DNA from: Nitrospirota bacterium
GTDB taxonomy: Bacteria; Nitrospirota; UBA9217
Direction: 5' to 3'
Assembly (NCBI GenBank): GCA_963845065.1
Contig: CAWJQQ010000002.1
Location: 416,001 to 480,000 of the forward strand
Length of the DNA: 64,000 nt
The notes under the pieces are model-generated. The model did not search any database. It saw nothing but the letters and a program-made list of their open reading frames with translations, and was not told the origin of the DNA. Within the stretch, counting starts at the first letter, position 1. Each line of letters starts with the position of its first letter. Shown one piece after another: positions 30,417 to 40,086 of the stretch. Position numbers and translations under genes: made by a program.

Positions 30417-31169
30417 TTATGTCACCGGCGTCACTAGCAAATGCCTTAGATCCACATCCGCAAGCGCGGCAAGCAGGCTTGCTTTGATGCCGGGATGCTC
30501 CTGTTCAAGCCCACTAAGCATTTTTTTTATTTTCACCCTTTTTTGGTCCTCGTCTCCGCAAGCAGGGCATGCGCAGCATGTGATAGGGAACCCACCTTCA
30601 GATGCGTAGCAAACGATATCATCCTCCGGCACATACACTAGGGGCCGGATTACCACATTCCGTCCGTCATCGGCACGCAGGAGGGGGGCCATTGCCTTTA
30701 TGGCACCGTTATAAAATTGATTGAGCAACAGCGTCTCGATGAAATCATCGCGGTGGTGGCCGAGGGCCAGCTTCGTGCACCCAAGCTCCTGGGCTTGCGT
30801 ATACAGCACGCCTCGTTTGATCCGGGAGCATAGAGAGCATGGCGTATCATCAGGAGTAAGTTTTTCGAGCATAAGTTGATGAATAGGCGCGGGAACTACA
30901 TGATATTCAAAGTCGTGAGCCCGAAGATAATCTTCCATCAGCCCGGTTTGGAAGCCAGGAAAGCCAGGATGCACAGTGACTGCGACGAGCGAGAATGTGA
31001 TTGGAGCACGAAGCCTCAGGCTGTCCAATATATGGAGTAGTGTCCAGCTGTCTTTCCCACCCGAGAGTGCGACGAGGATCCGATCATGGTTATCGATGAG
31101 GCCGAAATCTCCGATCGCCTTGCCGGTAAGTCGTCGGATGGAATGTTCCATTCGTTCTAATGAGCGCAT
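30417..31169 (-). CDS. ttcA: tRNA 2-thiocytidine(32) synthetase
   Basis: SGGKDS PP-loop, CSLCSRIKRG, GHHRDD, IRPL, CCACPAC; start moved to ATG 31169 because the track extension overlaps the upstream gene. Confidence 0.9.
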   Translation of the reverse strand: MRSLERMEHSIRRLTGKAIGDFGLIDNHDRILVALSGGKDSWTLLHILDSLRLRAPITFSLVAVTVHPGFPGFQTGLMEDYLRAHDFEYHVVPAPIHQLMLEKLTPDDTPCSLCSRIKRGVLYTQAQELGCTKLALGHHRDDFIETLLLNQFYNGAIKAMAPLLRADDGRNVVIRPLVYVPEDDIVCYASEGGFPITCCACPACGDEDQKRVKIKKMLSGLEQEHPGIKASLLAALADVDLRHLLVTPVT

Positions 31170-31233
31170 ACGAGGAATGCTAATGCCTACGACCTCGTAA
31201 GTCAACCTTTTTTGTCGGAGATTAAGCTGAATT

Positions 31234-31275
31234 AAAAAAAAGGGCCCCCGGATACTCGATCCGGGGGCCCTTTTT
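31234..31275. terminator. Intrinsic terminator downstream of the Lys-rich gene
   Basis: A8-GGGCCCCCGGAT-ACTCG-ATCCGGGGGCCC-T5. Confidence 0.85.
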
Positions 31276-31285
31276 GGATTCTTTT

Positions 31286-31624
31286 TTAACGTCTTCTTTT
31301 GGTTGCCTTCTTTTTCGCTTTTTTCTTTGTGGCCTTTTTCTTCGATGCTTTCTTCTTTGTCGCTTTCTTCTTCACTGCTTTTTTCTTTGACGTTTTTTTC
31401 TGGGCTACTTTCTTCGCAGCCTTCTTCTTCGCTTTCTTTTTTGCCAGCTTTGGCTTTGTTACAGCTGCCGCAGCCAGTGCCGGAGGGGTTATCGGAATGT
31501 TGCATTCCGTAGCCTCCAGGCCGCAGCAGTACACCGGCTCCTCGTAAACATCACCGGTCCTTGTAACATCAATCTTTCTGCCGCACACCCTGCACTCATA
31601 CTGCATATTTTTTTCCATAGCCAT
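31286..31624 (-). CDS. Small basic protein: desulforedoxin-like CxxC..CC domain plus histone H1-like Lys/Ala tail
   Basis: YECRVCG..VYCCG followed by KKKA(T/S/V) pentapeptide repeats; AGGAGG RBS; terminator downstream. Confidence 0.8.
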   Translation of the reverse strand: MAMEKNMQYECRVCGRKIDVTRTGDVYEEPVYCCGLEATECNIPITPPALAAAAVTKPKLAKKKAKKKAAKKVAQKKTSKKKAVKKKATKKKASKKKATKKKAKKKATKRRR

Positions 31625-31835
31625 ACGCGTTGCCCTCCTTAGTAAGCTGATAACCCGCTTGAACGCGGGCGGTATAACGCTCTGACACTTTTACATCATA
31701 CTAGGAAAGACATTGAAGTCCTGGACAGAAAACGCCGCATGTAGCGCTAACACTACTCTTATTTGTTAACTGATACTGTAGAATCATCTTCATTAAATGT
31801 CAAGCTTTTTCGTGAAAACTATCATGAAATCGAGC

Positions 31836-32027
31836 CTAACACCACACGCGGGACTGCTTCTTATTCGCGTTGATCATCGCCGTTTTTCTTTTGCCAGCTT
31901 TCGTTAGCTCCCAGATTTTTTCCATGCCTTCGAGTGCCGATAATAACGCCTCATCAGTCTTTTTCCCTTCCCATTCTTTGGTTTCGACGAGCCGATAAAG
32001 CTCCATGATAACTTCCTCAAGAGTCAT
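31836..32027 (-). CDS. Small hypothetical protein
   Basis: AGGGGG RBS, helical composition, no motif recognised. Confidence 0.5.
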   Translation of the reverse strand: MTLEEVIMELYRLVETKEWEGKKTDEALLSALEGMEKIWELTKAGKRKTAMINANKKQSRVWC

Positions 32028-32225
32028 GCACAATCCCCCTTAAAAAAATTGTATTATCTTAAATTTTTTGTGCAGCTATTATCAACTATTTCTCTGCTTA
32101 AAAAACCGGGAGAAAAACTTCCCGGTAATAATGGTCATTTCATAATTTCTTCTTGCCCTGCTGCAATCAAGACAACTGGTTTATTCACATGACCTCCATG
32201 CTCTGATCTCCGAGCTCTTTGACGA

Positions 32226-34592
32226 TTAGCCGCATTTCGAAAATCCGCAACCGCGACAGAAAGCGCAACCTTCGCCGAACTCCAGTAGACCGCCGCAGTC
32301 CGGACATTCAGGGCAAAGGCCAAGGTGGTTCGTGTTGCTGCCCTTTGCATTATCGGACGGAGTATAACCTATAGTCTGCTGGACTGATGCGGTCTTGGGT
32401 TTATTATGGTTATGCTGGCGATGGCTCACATGCTCTTTTGTATAGCGTTCAAGCGCCCTGCCGATAGCATCGGGGCAGGACAGGATGGATCCGCCTTCGC
32501 CCCAGGCTGGAGACGGACAACGAATTCCCTTCACCTGCTTGATAATGGAATCGATGGACACTCCCGAGCGAAGCGCCAGCGAGACCATGCGGGAAACGGC
32601 CTCCGACTGGCTTGCGGCGCACCCGCCGGACTTTCCCATGGTGGAGAAAACCTCGCAGATGCCTTCTTCGTCTTCATTAATTGTGATGTAGAGGTTGCCG
32701 CACCCCGTGGGAAGCTTCTGGGTTACACCTTGGGTAAGCGCCGGTCGACTCCTCGGCTTCTTCTCCTCGGCCAGTTCAGGCGAGGCTGAAGCGACTGTAA
32801 TGAGATGGTTTGCTACCGCAGCTTTGCGCGCCTTTTCCGTAGCCCCTGTGGACAGCACCTGATCGTCGCGGGAGCCGTCTCGGTAGATGGTCACGCCCTT
32901 GCAGCCGGTCTTGTACGCAAGCAGATAGACTTTTTCTACATCCTTCTGCACGGCGCTGTGCGGAAAGTTCACGGTCTTGGACACGGCATTATCGGTGTAT
33001 TTCTGGAACGCCGCCTGCATGCGGATGTGCCACTCCGGGGTTATGTCGTGGGCCGTGACGAAGATTTTCTGAACGTCCTCCGGAACGGTCTTGATGCCAG
33101 TGCAACCGCCGTGCTCTGCTATCTCTTTCATCAATGATTCGGATGAGAAGCTGCGAGCTTTCACGACCCGCTCAAACACGGGGTTCACTTCGATCATTTC
33201 AGTACCGTCGAGCACCTTGCGCACAAAGGATAGCCCAAAGAGCGGCTCGATGCCGCTGGAACAGCCGGCAATGATGGACAAGGTGCCGGTGGGCGCGATG
33301 GTCGTAACAGTCGCGTTCCGGAGAGGCGCCATTCCCGGTTTATCGTAGATACTGCCTCTGAAGTTCGGGAAAGCACCGCGATCCCTAGCAAGTTCCTGAC
33401 TAGTCTTCCGGCCCTCATCGGTGATGAACTTCATTACAGTCTCACCGACCCGCACCGCTTCGTCGGAGTTGTAGGGAATGCTCATCTCGAGTAGCATGTC
33501 GGCAAAACCCATAACGCCCAAACCGATCTTGCGGTTAGAGCGGGTCATCTCGCTAATTTTGTCGAGGGGGTAGCGGTTTACATCGATTACGTTGTCCAGG
33601 AAATGGCACGCCTGCTGCACCGTGTACCGAAGCTTGTCGAAATCGATCGCCCTGCCATGCTGCGACAGCATCTTTGCCAGATTGATTGATCCCAGGTTGC
33701 AAGACTCGTATGGGAGCAGCGGCTGTTCGCCGCAGGGGTTGGTTGACTCCACCATGCCTACATGCGGTGTCGGGTTGTACTGGTTGATCCTGTCAAGGAA
33801 TATGATGCCTGGGTCTCCGTTCTTCCAGGCCATATTCACGATCGTGTCGAAGACCCTGCGGGCCTGGAGCCGTTTAACCACTCTTTTACCGCGCGGGGAG
33901 ACCAGTTCGTACTCGCCATCTTTATCCACAGCGTCCATAAAGGTGTCGGTCATGGCAACGGAAATGTTGAAATTATTAAGCCGGTCATTCTGCTGTTTGC
34001 AGGTGATAAAATCGAGTATGTCCGGATGGTCGACCGACAGAATGCCCATATTGGCTCCCCGGCGAGTGCCGCCCTGCTTTACCGTCTCAGTCGCAGCATC
34101 GAACACGGTCATGAACGAGATAGGGCCCGAGGACACACCTTTCGTGGACTTGACCACATCATTCTTCGGACGAATGCGGGAAAAGGAGAAACCTGTGCCG
34201 CCGCCAGACTTATGGATAAGCGCGGCGTTCTTCACGGACTCGAAGATATCGTCCATGGAGTCGCCCACGGGAAGAACGAAACAAGCCGACAACTGGCCCA
34301 GTTCACGTCCCGCGTTCATGAGTGTGGGGCTGTTCGGTAGGAACTCAAGGGACGTCATGAGGCGGTAAAACTCAGTCGTAGTCCGCTCCACTTCTGCGTC
34401 TGACTTGCCATAGGCGCGGTCGGCCTCGGCAATGGTCCGCGCCACGCGCGTGAACATGTCAACAGCTGTTTCAATAACAGTCCCGTCCTCATTCCGCTTA
34501 AGATAGCGTTTTTCGAGAACTTTGAGGCAGTTCTCAGAAAGATTGAGGCCTTTACCGGAAGCTGATGTTGAAACAGAAGTTGCGCTCTTCAT
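32226..34592 (-). CDS. nrdJ: Class II (adenosylcobalamin-dependent) ribonucleotide reductase with C-terminal TSCPD/zinc-ribbon extension
   Basis: PNSPTLMNAG, LSACFV, TNPCGEQPL, TIAPTGT, SCPDA, CPECPDCG..CAFCRGCG. Confidence 0.95.
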   Translation of the reverse strand: MKSATSVSTSASGKGLNLSENCLKVLEKRYLKRNEDGTVIETAVDMFTRVARTIAEADRAYGKSDAEVERTTTEFYRLMTSLEFLPNSPTLMNAGRELGQLSACFVLPVGDSMDDIFESVKNAALIHKSGGGTGFSFSRIRPKNDVVKSTKGVSSGPISFMTVFDAATETVKQGGTRRGANMGILSVDHPDILDFITCKQQNDRLNNFNISVAMTDTFMDAVDKDGEYELVSPRGKRVVKRLQARRVFDTIVNMAWKNGDPGIIFLDRINQYNPTPHVGMVESTNPCGEQPLLPYESCNLGSINLAKMLSQHGRAIDFDKLRYTVQQACHFLDNVIDVNRYPLDKISEMTRSNRKIGLGVMGFADMLLEMSIPYNSDEAVRVGETVMKFITDEGRKTSQELARDRGAFPNFRGSIYDKPGMAPLRNATVTTIAPTGTLSIIAGCSSGIEPLFGLSFVRKVLDGTEMIEVNPVFERVVKARSFSSESLMKEIAEHGGCTGIKTVPEDVQKIFVTAHDITPEWHIRMQAAFQKYTDNAVSKTVNFPHSAVQKDVEKVYLLAYKTGCKGVTIYRDGSRDDQVLSTGATEKARKAAVANHLITVASASPELAEEKKPRSRPALTQGVTQKLPTGCGNLYITINEDEEGICEVFSTMGKSGGCAASQSEAVSRMVSLALRSGVSIDSIIKQVKGIRCPSPAWGEGGSILSCPDAIGRALERYTKEHVSHRQHNHNKPKTASVQQTIGYTPSDNAKGSNTNHLGLCPECPDCGGLLEFGEGCAFCRGCGFSKCG

Positions 34593-34707
34593 AAATCTCC
34601 CTCCCCAAAATAGGATACATATACAAACGTAAACTCAGAAAGAGCACCCCAAAGGCTGCTCTAAAATGTTAATTGATGTTTGAAGGATTATTAGGTAAAA
34701 CAGGATG

Positions 34708-34761
34708 CTACTTCATTTTGTGGACCGAGGTAATTATAACCACAAGATATTGTGTTGTCAA
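34708..34761 (-). promoter_or_regulatory. nrdJ promoter with tandem NrdR boxes
   Basis: TTGACA (34756-34761), 17 bp, TATAAT (34733-34738); CCACAAGATATTGTGT (34740-34755) matches the NrdR box; weaker box 32 bp away (34708-34723). Confidence 0.85.
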
Positions 34762-35066
34762 ACAATTTATAAAAAAAACTTATCCGAGTGAAACATCCGC
34801 ATTCGACGCGTTTAATGCGGTTTTTTGGGCGCCTTTCTTACTACACAAGCGCCAGGCATGGCTAAAATAAGCCCTTATGCTAAAAATGCAAGCCTGTAGC
34901 CTCTATCCTCTTCGTGTTTATTTATCGAACGGTGTTTTCGAGGAGTAGTTTTATCTGGTTTATTGAAAAATGTGATGTCTTTTTTCGGTTGTGGTTCTCT
35001 TAGGGCGCCCGGTAAACCGGTAACAATGAAGAATATATCACACTGTTCTTTTAGGTGCCCCGCGCG

Positions 35067-35185
35067 AGAAACCCCACATGCTTTAACGGTGGGATAAGTC
35101 CTAAGGGCGAGGTGGTTCACAGAACTAAACGTATTGTTTCCCTGTCGTGAGGCATAGGTACTATGTAGCCGTGGGAGTACGTCAA
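35067..35185 (+). mobile_element. Degenerate IS200/IS605 right-end-like sequences (two)
   Basis: AGAAACCCCAC..TTTAACGGTGGGA..GGTGGTTCAC and TAGCCGTGGGAGTACGTCAA resemble IS605 RE hairpins with TCAC/TCAA cleavage tetranucleotides. Confidence 0.5.
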
Positions 35186-35234
35186 TATTATGAGGACACT
35201 TGCGCACTCAGCATCTCAGTGCATAGCTCTCATA

Positions 35235-35813
35235 TCATTCCCCTTTTGATAGGATCACTGCTCGACTGAACCGAATCAGCGGAGCATCGATGATTTGAAA
35301 TCCTGCATGCCGAGCGTATCCGAGGATCTTCTGAAACCTCCGATTCGGAACGTGCATTTTGGGTTCCGCATAAAGGAATTTACCTCCCTTTTTCAGGGCA
35401 GAATGAATCTGCTCAAAGAAAAACGGGATATTCTTTACCTCGTGAACCATCCAGAAGGCCAGCGCAAAATCAATCGGCTCACGAAGCATAAGGTCGTCCT
35501 CTTTCGCGCAAATCAATCGGATGCGGTCCGTTATGTTCGCTTTCCTGGCCCGTCTCTTCAGAAACTCAAGCATCTTCTCCTGAAGGTCCACAGCAATGAC
35601 CGAGCCATTCTCACCAACCATCTTCGCCATAGCGATTGAGAAATACCCCATACCACACCCGATGTCCGCAACAAGCATTCCTTCCCGGACATGGGGGCCG
35701 ATAATCGTTTCGGGGTTTTGGAGAAACCTCCGGAGGGGGTTGTCGAAGGTCCAGATCATCCACCATGGACAAATGCGGTTTCTTCTAAAGAAAGAGAATC
35801 CTTGATCATTCAT
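35235..35813 (-). CDS. Class I SAM-dependent methyltransferase
   Basis: VADIGCGMGYF, IAVDLQ, HEV, LKKGGKF. Confidence 0.9.
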   Translation of the reverse strand: MNDQGFSFFRRNRICPWWMIWTFDNPLRRFLQNPETIIGPHVREGMLVADIGCGMGYFSIAMAKMVGENGSVIAVDLQEKMLEFLKRRARKANITDRIRLICAKEDDLMLREPIDFALAFWMVHEVKNIPFFFEQIHSALKKGGKFLYAEPKMHVPNRRFQKILGYARHAGFQIIDAPLIRFSRAVILSKGE

Positions 35814-35886
35814 ATTTTGGATTCCCCCGTGGGAAAGTGGTTGAGTTTACAATGGATTATCACGCGTTGCTTTCATCCACTCGTTT

Positions 35887-36353
35887 TCAAAAAAGAGCGG
35901 ACATAGACGACGAAAACTTCTTCAGCCGCGGGAAAAGGATATACCCCTCCAATTTGTGTTTTAGATACATGCCGAGGGCCCGGTCCGAGTACTTGATATG
36001 ATTGATCAGCCAGTCCGTGCACAATTGTTTCGTGTCCTCGGCAACCTGCGGGTTAATCCCTACCATAAGCATCCTCTCCTTCATTTCTCGAAGGTCTTAA
36101 CGAACTGCTCATGCTGCGCCCTGTGGGCCGAGGTGCTGGAGTAGGAGTATTTCTCCATATATTTCTCTTCATTCCCAAAATGGAATACAACATAATTACT
36201 CAAGTATTGGGTGACCTTGCTCATCTCAGAACGGTTTGCTGAGTTTTGATCAAAGGCGTTGATCAAGCTGTCGCTCCGTTTGAACAACTCTTTGTGCTGA
36301 GTATCGATATCTGATGAACCTGATGCAAGTCTGTCGTCCCATTGCAAAGACAT
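35887..36353 (-). pseudogene. Bacteriohemerythrin split by a 1-nt frameshift at about 36084
   Basis: W..IDTQHKEL..HFGNEE..HRAQHEQF in the first ORF; WLINHIKYSD in the second; junction GAGAAATGAAG lacks one A. Confidence 0.85.
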
Positions 36354-36462
36354 AACATATATTCAGAGCTCCTTTCAAATACCGTGTCAAGGAACTCGGT
36401 TTCTTCTTCAATTAATATTTCTAAATTTAACATATTTTAATGGATATTGAGAATGAATTTCA

Positions 36463-36939
36463 TCATTCCACCACCCACACCGCACAGCCCTTCGCTTCAT
36501 GGACAAGCTTGCTTGATATACTGCCAAAAAGGAACTCCTCGGCCTTCGTCTTATGATGACGGCCGACGACCACGGTGCAGCAAGTCATATCGCACCGGGT
36601 CTCGAGAATGGCGTCGGCCAAAGACATTGTTTCCCCGACGCAGGACATGATTCTAACCTTGTCCTCTGGAAACCCTGACTGCATGAGGATCTGTTTGTAG
36701 TTTTCGAGCATGTCGTTCGCCTTATCGAGTTTGCGCTTAACCCAAGCGTTCAGCTCTGCTTCTGAGTCATAAAAATCCTCCTCAGGATCGGGAATAATGG
36801 AGATGAGTCTGACTGCGAATCCTGGAAACCCGCCAACTAAGTCGGCCACGTACATCACGGCGCGGCGGGAGCTTTCCGATTCGTCAACTGCGATAAGGAG
36901 CTGTTTGTCTTTGGTCTGAACTTTATTTTCGGATATCAT
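36463..36939 (-). CDS. Universal stress protein
   Basis: LLIAVDESESS..TVVVGRH..FGSISSKLVH..AVWVVE. Confidence 0.9.
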   Translation of the reverse strand: MISENKVQTKDKQLLIAVDESESSRRAVMYVADLVGGFPGFAVRLISIIPDPEEDFYDSEAELNAWVKRKLDKANDMLENYKQILMQSGFPEDKVRIMSCVGETMSLADAILETRCDMTCCTVVVGRHHKTKAEEFLFGSISSKLVHEAKGCAVWVVE

Positions 36940-37075
36940 GACTGGACTCCTTAAAAAAAATTATAAAGCATTTGCGTGGAGTACGTTGAAACCGCAAAGA
37001 ATTGATGTCTGATCTTGGGTTAAGAGATCGGATTGACGTAATTCTTTACGCCCTCATTAGCCACGGCAGTAATAA

Positions 37076-38062
37076 TCATTTTGGCCCCAATTCCTCCCTT
37101 ACCTCTCCCAGGTCTTCAAGCAATTCCTTTGTCTCCTCATAATAAAGCGGCGCGCTTATCGAAAAATGCATTAGCACCCGGTTCAGCTTTTCCGACACAT
37201 ATGGATATATCTTTTTGAGGTTGCTCACGCGGTTTTGGAACACGATATTCACATCGTCTTCGGTGATACGGTCTAGAAGGTGCGGGGCATCACGTCGAAG
37301 TTGATAGGTCGTGATATCCCCGCGGCCCGTAATGAAAAGCAAGACGTTCCCGAGTCCGAAGAGGTCGTAGCCGAAGCGGCTCTCGCCGTGCTGATAGTTA
37401 AAATCGAAGTCGATCCATCGGTATCTGCCGGTCGAGAGATCTTTGATGATGTGGTCGCGCCGGATATCGCCATGTTTTTCGTTATTCTCATGCAGAAAGC
37501 GGATCGCCTCGACAATCTTGATGTATTCGTCGAGGAGGGCAGGATAATAATTATAGAAAAAATCCTCGTGGTCCCTACCCAATTCGAGGGTGAGCTGGGC
37601 GAGCGTCTTCCCTTTGATGTAATCCAGGACGTGAAGTTGATTCCCGGAGGAGTCGAGGACCGTCCTGCCCTGCATGAATTCCGGTCTGCCGTGCACCAAT
37701 TCAAGGATCCGTGCTTCCTTCTGTGGACTGCGCACGCACTCGAATATGAGATTCCCGATCTTTGCCTGGAACCGCTCCTTGAAGAGCCACTTCAGTATCT
37801 TGACCTCACCATTCAAGAGGTTCAGGGCACGCTTGACCCAGAACTTCTGCTCATCATCGATACCAAACCTGCCCTCGCGCTCATTATTCCTGACAAGATA
37901 GGGTTCCCCATCAAGGATGACGACATCGTCGTAGTCCACACGAAAGAAGTCCGCTGTGTCCTTAACTTGCACGCGTTTGGGCACACGCTCGTTCGAGACC
38001 CACTTTCGAATCATGTTCGAGAGCTCTTTTTCTGAATAACCGCCCGCTGCAGTCGGCATCAT
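37076..38062 (-). CDS. Protein kinase-like fold protein (atypical Ser/Thr kinase)
   Basis: VKILK, EARIL, FLHENNEKHGDIRRDHII, WIDFD, YDLFGLG. Confidence 0.75.
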   Translation of the reverse strand: MMPTAAGGYSEKELSNMIRKWVSNERVPKRVQVKDTADFFRVDYDDVVILDGEPYLVRNNEREGRFGIDDEQKFWVKRALNLLNGEVKILKWLFKERFQAKIGNLIFECVRSPQKEARILELVHGRPEFMQGRTVLDSSGNQLHVLDYIKGKTLAQLTLELGRDHEDFFYNYYPALLDEYIKIVEAIRFLHENNEKHGDIRRDHIIKDLSTGRYRWIDFDFNYQHGESRFGYDLFGLGNVLLFITGRGDITTYQLRRDAPHLLDRITEDDVNIVFQNRVSNLKKIYPYVSEKLNRVLMHFSISAPLYYEETKELLEDLGEVREELGPK

Positions 38063-38285
38063 AATCCTCGATCCTTATTACATTATATATCAACCCACTT
38101 CAGTTTAAGGGTATGAACAGTAAAAACTGAACAATATGTGACTTTGATAAGCCGAAATTCACAATCCGGGGTCTGCAATCACAACCTTTTCTCTTGACTT
38201 TTCGGGCAAATAACGCTAATTTCCCTATAATAATTATTCATGGCATGGACCGAAATGGCCCATGCACGGAGGGGCTTAACCACCC

Positions 38286-39044
38286 ATGTCGTATCAGATT
38301 AAACTCGAGATTTTTGAAGGCCCCATGGATCTTCTCCTTCATCTCATCAAAAAACACGAACTCGACATCTACTCCATTCCTATCGCACTCATTACCCAGC
38401 AGTACCTCGAATATATTAACCTCATGAAGAGCCTCGACATGGAAATTGCTGGTGATTTCCTGGTCATGGCGTCGACGCTCACTCACATCAAGTCCAAAAT
38501 GCTGCTGCCTCCGCCGGAAAACCCGGAAAACGATGAGGATGGCATCGACCCACGAGCTGAACTCATCCGTCGCCTGCTTGAGTACAAAAGCTTCAAGGAT
38601 GCAGCTGGTTCCCTCGAGAGTAAGGAAGAACTCTGGTCGCAGATGTACACGAGACCGGCAGAGACTACACCCGATATGCCTGCGGACGATGAACCGCTGC
38701 TTTTTGATTTTCATCTCTTCGACCTGCTCACGGCGCTCAAGGACGTAATGGCCCGCGTACCCGATGCCAAGTTTGAGATCACGGCCGATGCAGTCTCGAT
38801 CACGGAAAAAATTTCCCAGATCCTCTCACGCCTCGAGATCATAGACAGCCTCCTCTTCTCCGATCTCTTCGAAGGGAGCACGTCCAAAGCCCAGGTCATT
38901 GCCACATTTCTCGCTCTCCTAGAGCTAATCAAAACAAGGGTCGTGAAAGTCTTCCAGATCGAGGAGTTCGGCGCTATCAGGATTATGAAGTCCGTAACAG
39001 ACACACAGGATAAAGACACGGCCACGGGGAGCCTGTTCGGATAA
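38286..39044 (+). CDS. scpA: Segregation and condensation protein A (kleisin)
   Basis: FEGPMDLLLHLI..QYL..FLVMASTL..IKSKMLLP; TFLALLEL. Confidence 0.96.
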   Translation: MSYQIKLEIFEGPMDLLLHLIKKHELDIYSIPIALITQQYLEYINLMKSLDMEIAGDFLVMASTLTHIKSKMLLPPPENPENDEDGIDPRAELIRRLLEYKSFKDAAGSLESKEELWSQMYTRPAETTPDMPADDEPLLFDFHLFDLLTALKDVMARVPDAKFEITADAVSITEKISQILSRLEIIDSLLFSDLFEGSTSKAQVIATFLALLELIKTRVVKVFQIEEFGAIRIMKSVTDTQDKDTATGSLFG

Positions 39045-39129
39045 GACTGAAGGCCTTTTTCGCCACAGAGGACAACAACGTCTCCATATCGTATTTTGTC
39101 TAAGTTCATCTGTGGTTACAATTAATTTT

Positions 39130-39978
39130 ATGAAACCCGACTTCAAAACTCTCGCATTGGAGAAAAAATTCGGCGCTATAGAAACCGCCGTGTATGAAGA
39201 CAGGTCGCTCATCGGCAACCTCGTGGCTCTGCTTGCGGAAAAAAACGGAGACGTCCGCTCAGGCGTTCTGAACCTGCTCTCCCGGATCGGCTTTGACTAT
39301 CCGAACGAAACTAGACCCCATCTGCCGACCCTGATCGCGCTCATGGACGATCCGGATATGTTCATCAAAATTGACGCGGCGAATGCCGTGGGTAACTTAG
39401 GCTTCAGCTTCAGGGAATCGGCGGCGCAAGCCACACCAAAATTAAAGGCTCTCCTGGACCATGAGCAGAGCCTGGTCCGTCAGGAGGCCGCCTATGCTTT
39501 GGGTAATATCGGTTTCGCCCACACGGACCTAGTCAAGGACGCGGTTCCGCGTCTGATTCAGATGCTCGAAAAAGGGGACGATGATGAGCGCGAGGCAGCC
39601 GCCCATGCCTTGGGCAAAGTCGGTATCAATGCACCGGAACTGATCCGTGGGATTCTGCCTAAACTCGTCGAAGTACTCGAATTTTCTAAGGAAGCCACCT
39701 GCGGCGGTGTGCTCTTCGCCTTGGGCGCTATCGGCCTGCATTATCCCAGGGAAGTGGCGAGCCTTGTGCCTCGGTTAATGAAGTACCTGGATAGCGGCCA
39801 CCCGAACGCAGTCAAAAACGCCGTAGCTGCCCTCGGCAACATCGGCAGCTCGAACCCCGACATTGTAAAAGATGCGATTCCCAAGATCCGGCAGATCATG
39901 GATTCGACAAACGATATCGACATCAAGATGAACGCCAAAGTTGCCCTTGGAAGGCTTGGCGATCCGTCGGCGATATAG
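39130..39978 (+). CDS. HEAT-repeat protein
   Basis: Repeated LP.L..LL.D....VR..AA.ALG.IG units. Confidence 0.88.
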   Translation: MKPDFKTLALEKKFGAIETAVYEDRSLIGNLVALLAEKNGDVRSGVLNLLSRIGFDYPNETRPHLPTLIALMDDPDMFIKIDAANAVGNLGFSFRESAAQATPKLKALLDHEQSLVRQEAAYALGNIGFAHTDLVKDAVPRLIQMLEKGDDDEREAAAHALGKVGINAPELIRGILPKLVEVLEFSKEATCGGVLFALGAIGLHYPREVASLVPRLMKYLDSGHPNAVKNAVAALGNIGSSNPDIVKDAIPKIRQIMDSTNDIDIKMNAKVALGRLGDPSAI

Positions 39979-40086
39979 GAAACGACATCTTCATTGAGGA
40001 ATGGAGAAAAAGATGTATGGATTAGGGTTTTTCTCCGTGATCTCCATGCTTGGTGGTAAAATCTGATTTGGTTTAAGGGGCTTATA

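Noticed and set aside
31170..31505. Acidic N-terminal extension of TtcA in the ORF track
   Set aside because: Alternative-frame reading of the Lys-rich gene that crosses a terminator
34593..34730. Cobalamin riboswitch upstream of nrdJ
   Set aside because: No B12-box or conserved core seen; NrdR boxes explain the regulation
36081..36084. TGA in the hemerythrin gene as possible Sec
   Set aside because: Homology continues in a different frame; a 1-nt deletion explains it and the position is not a Cys site
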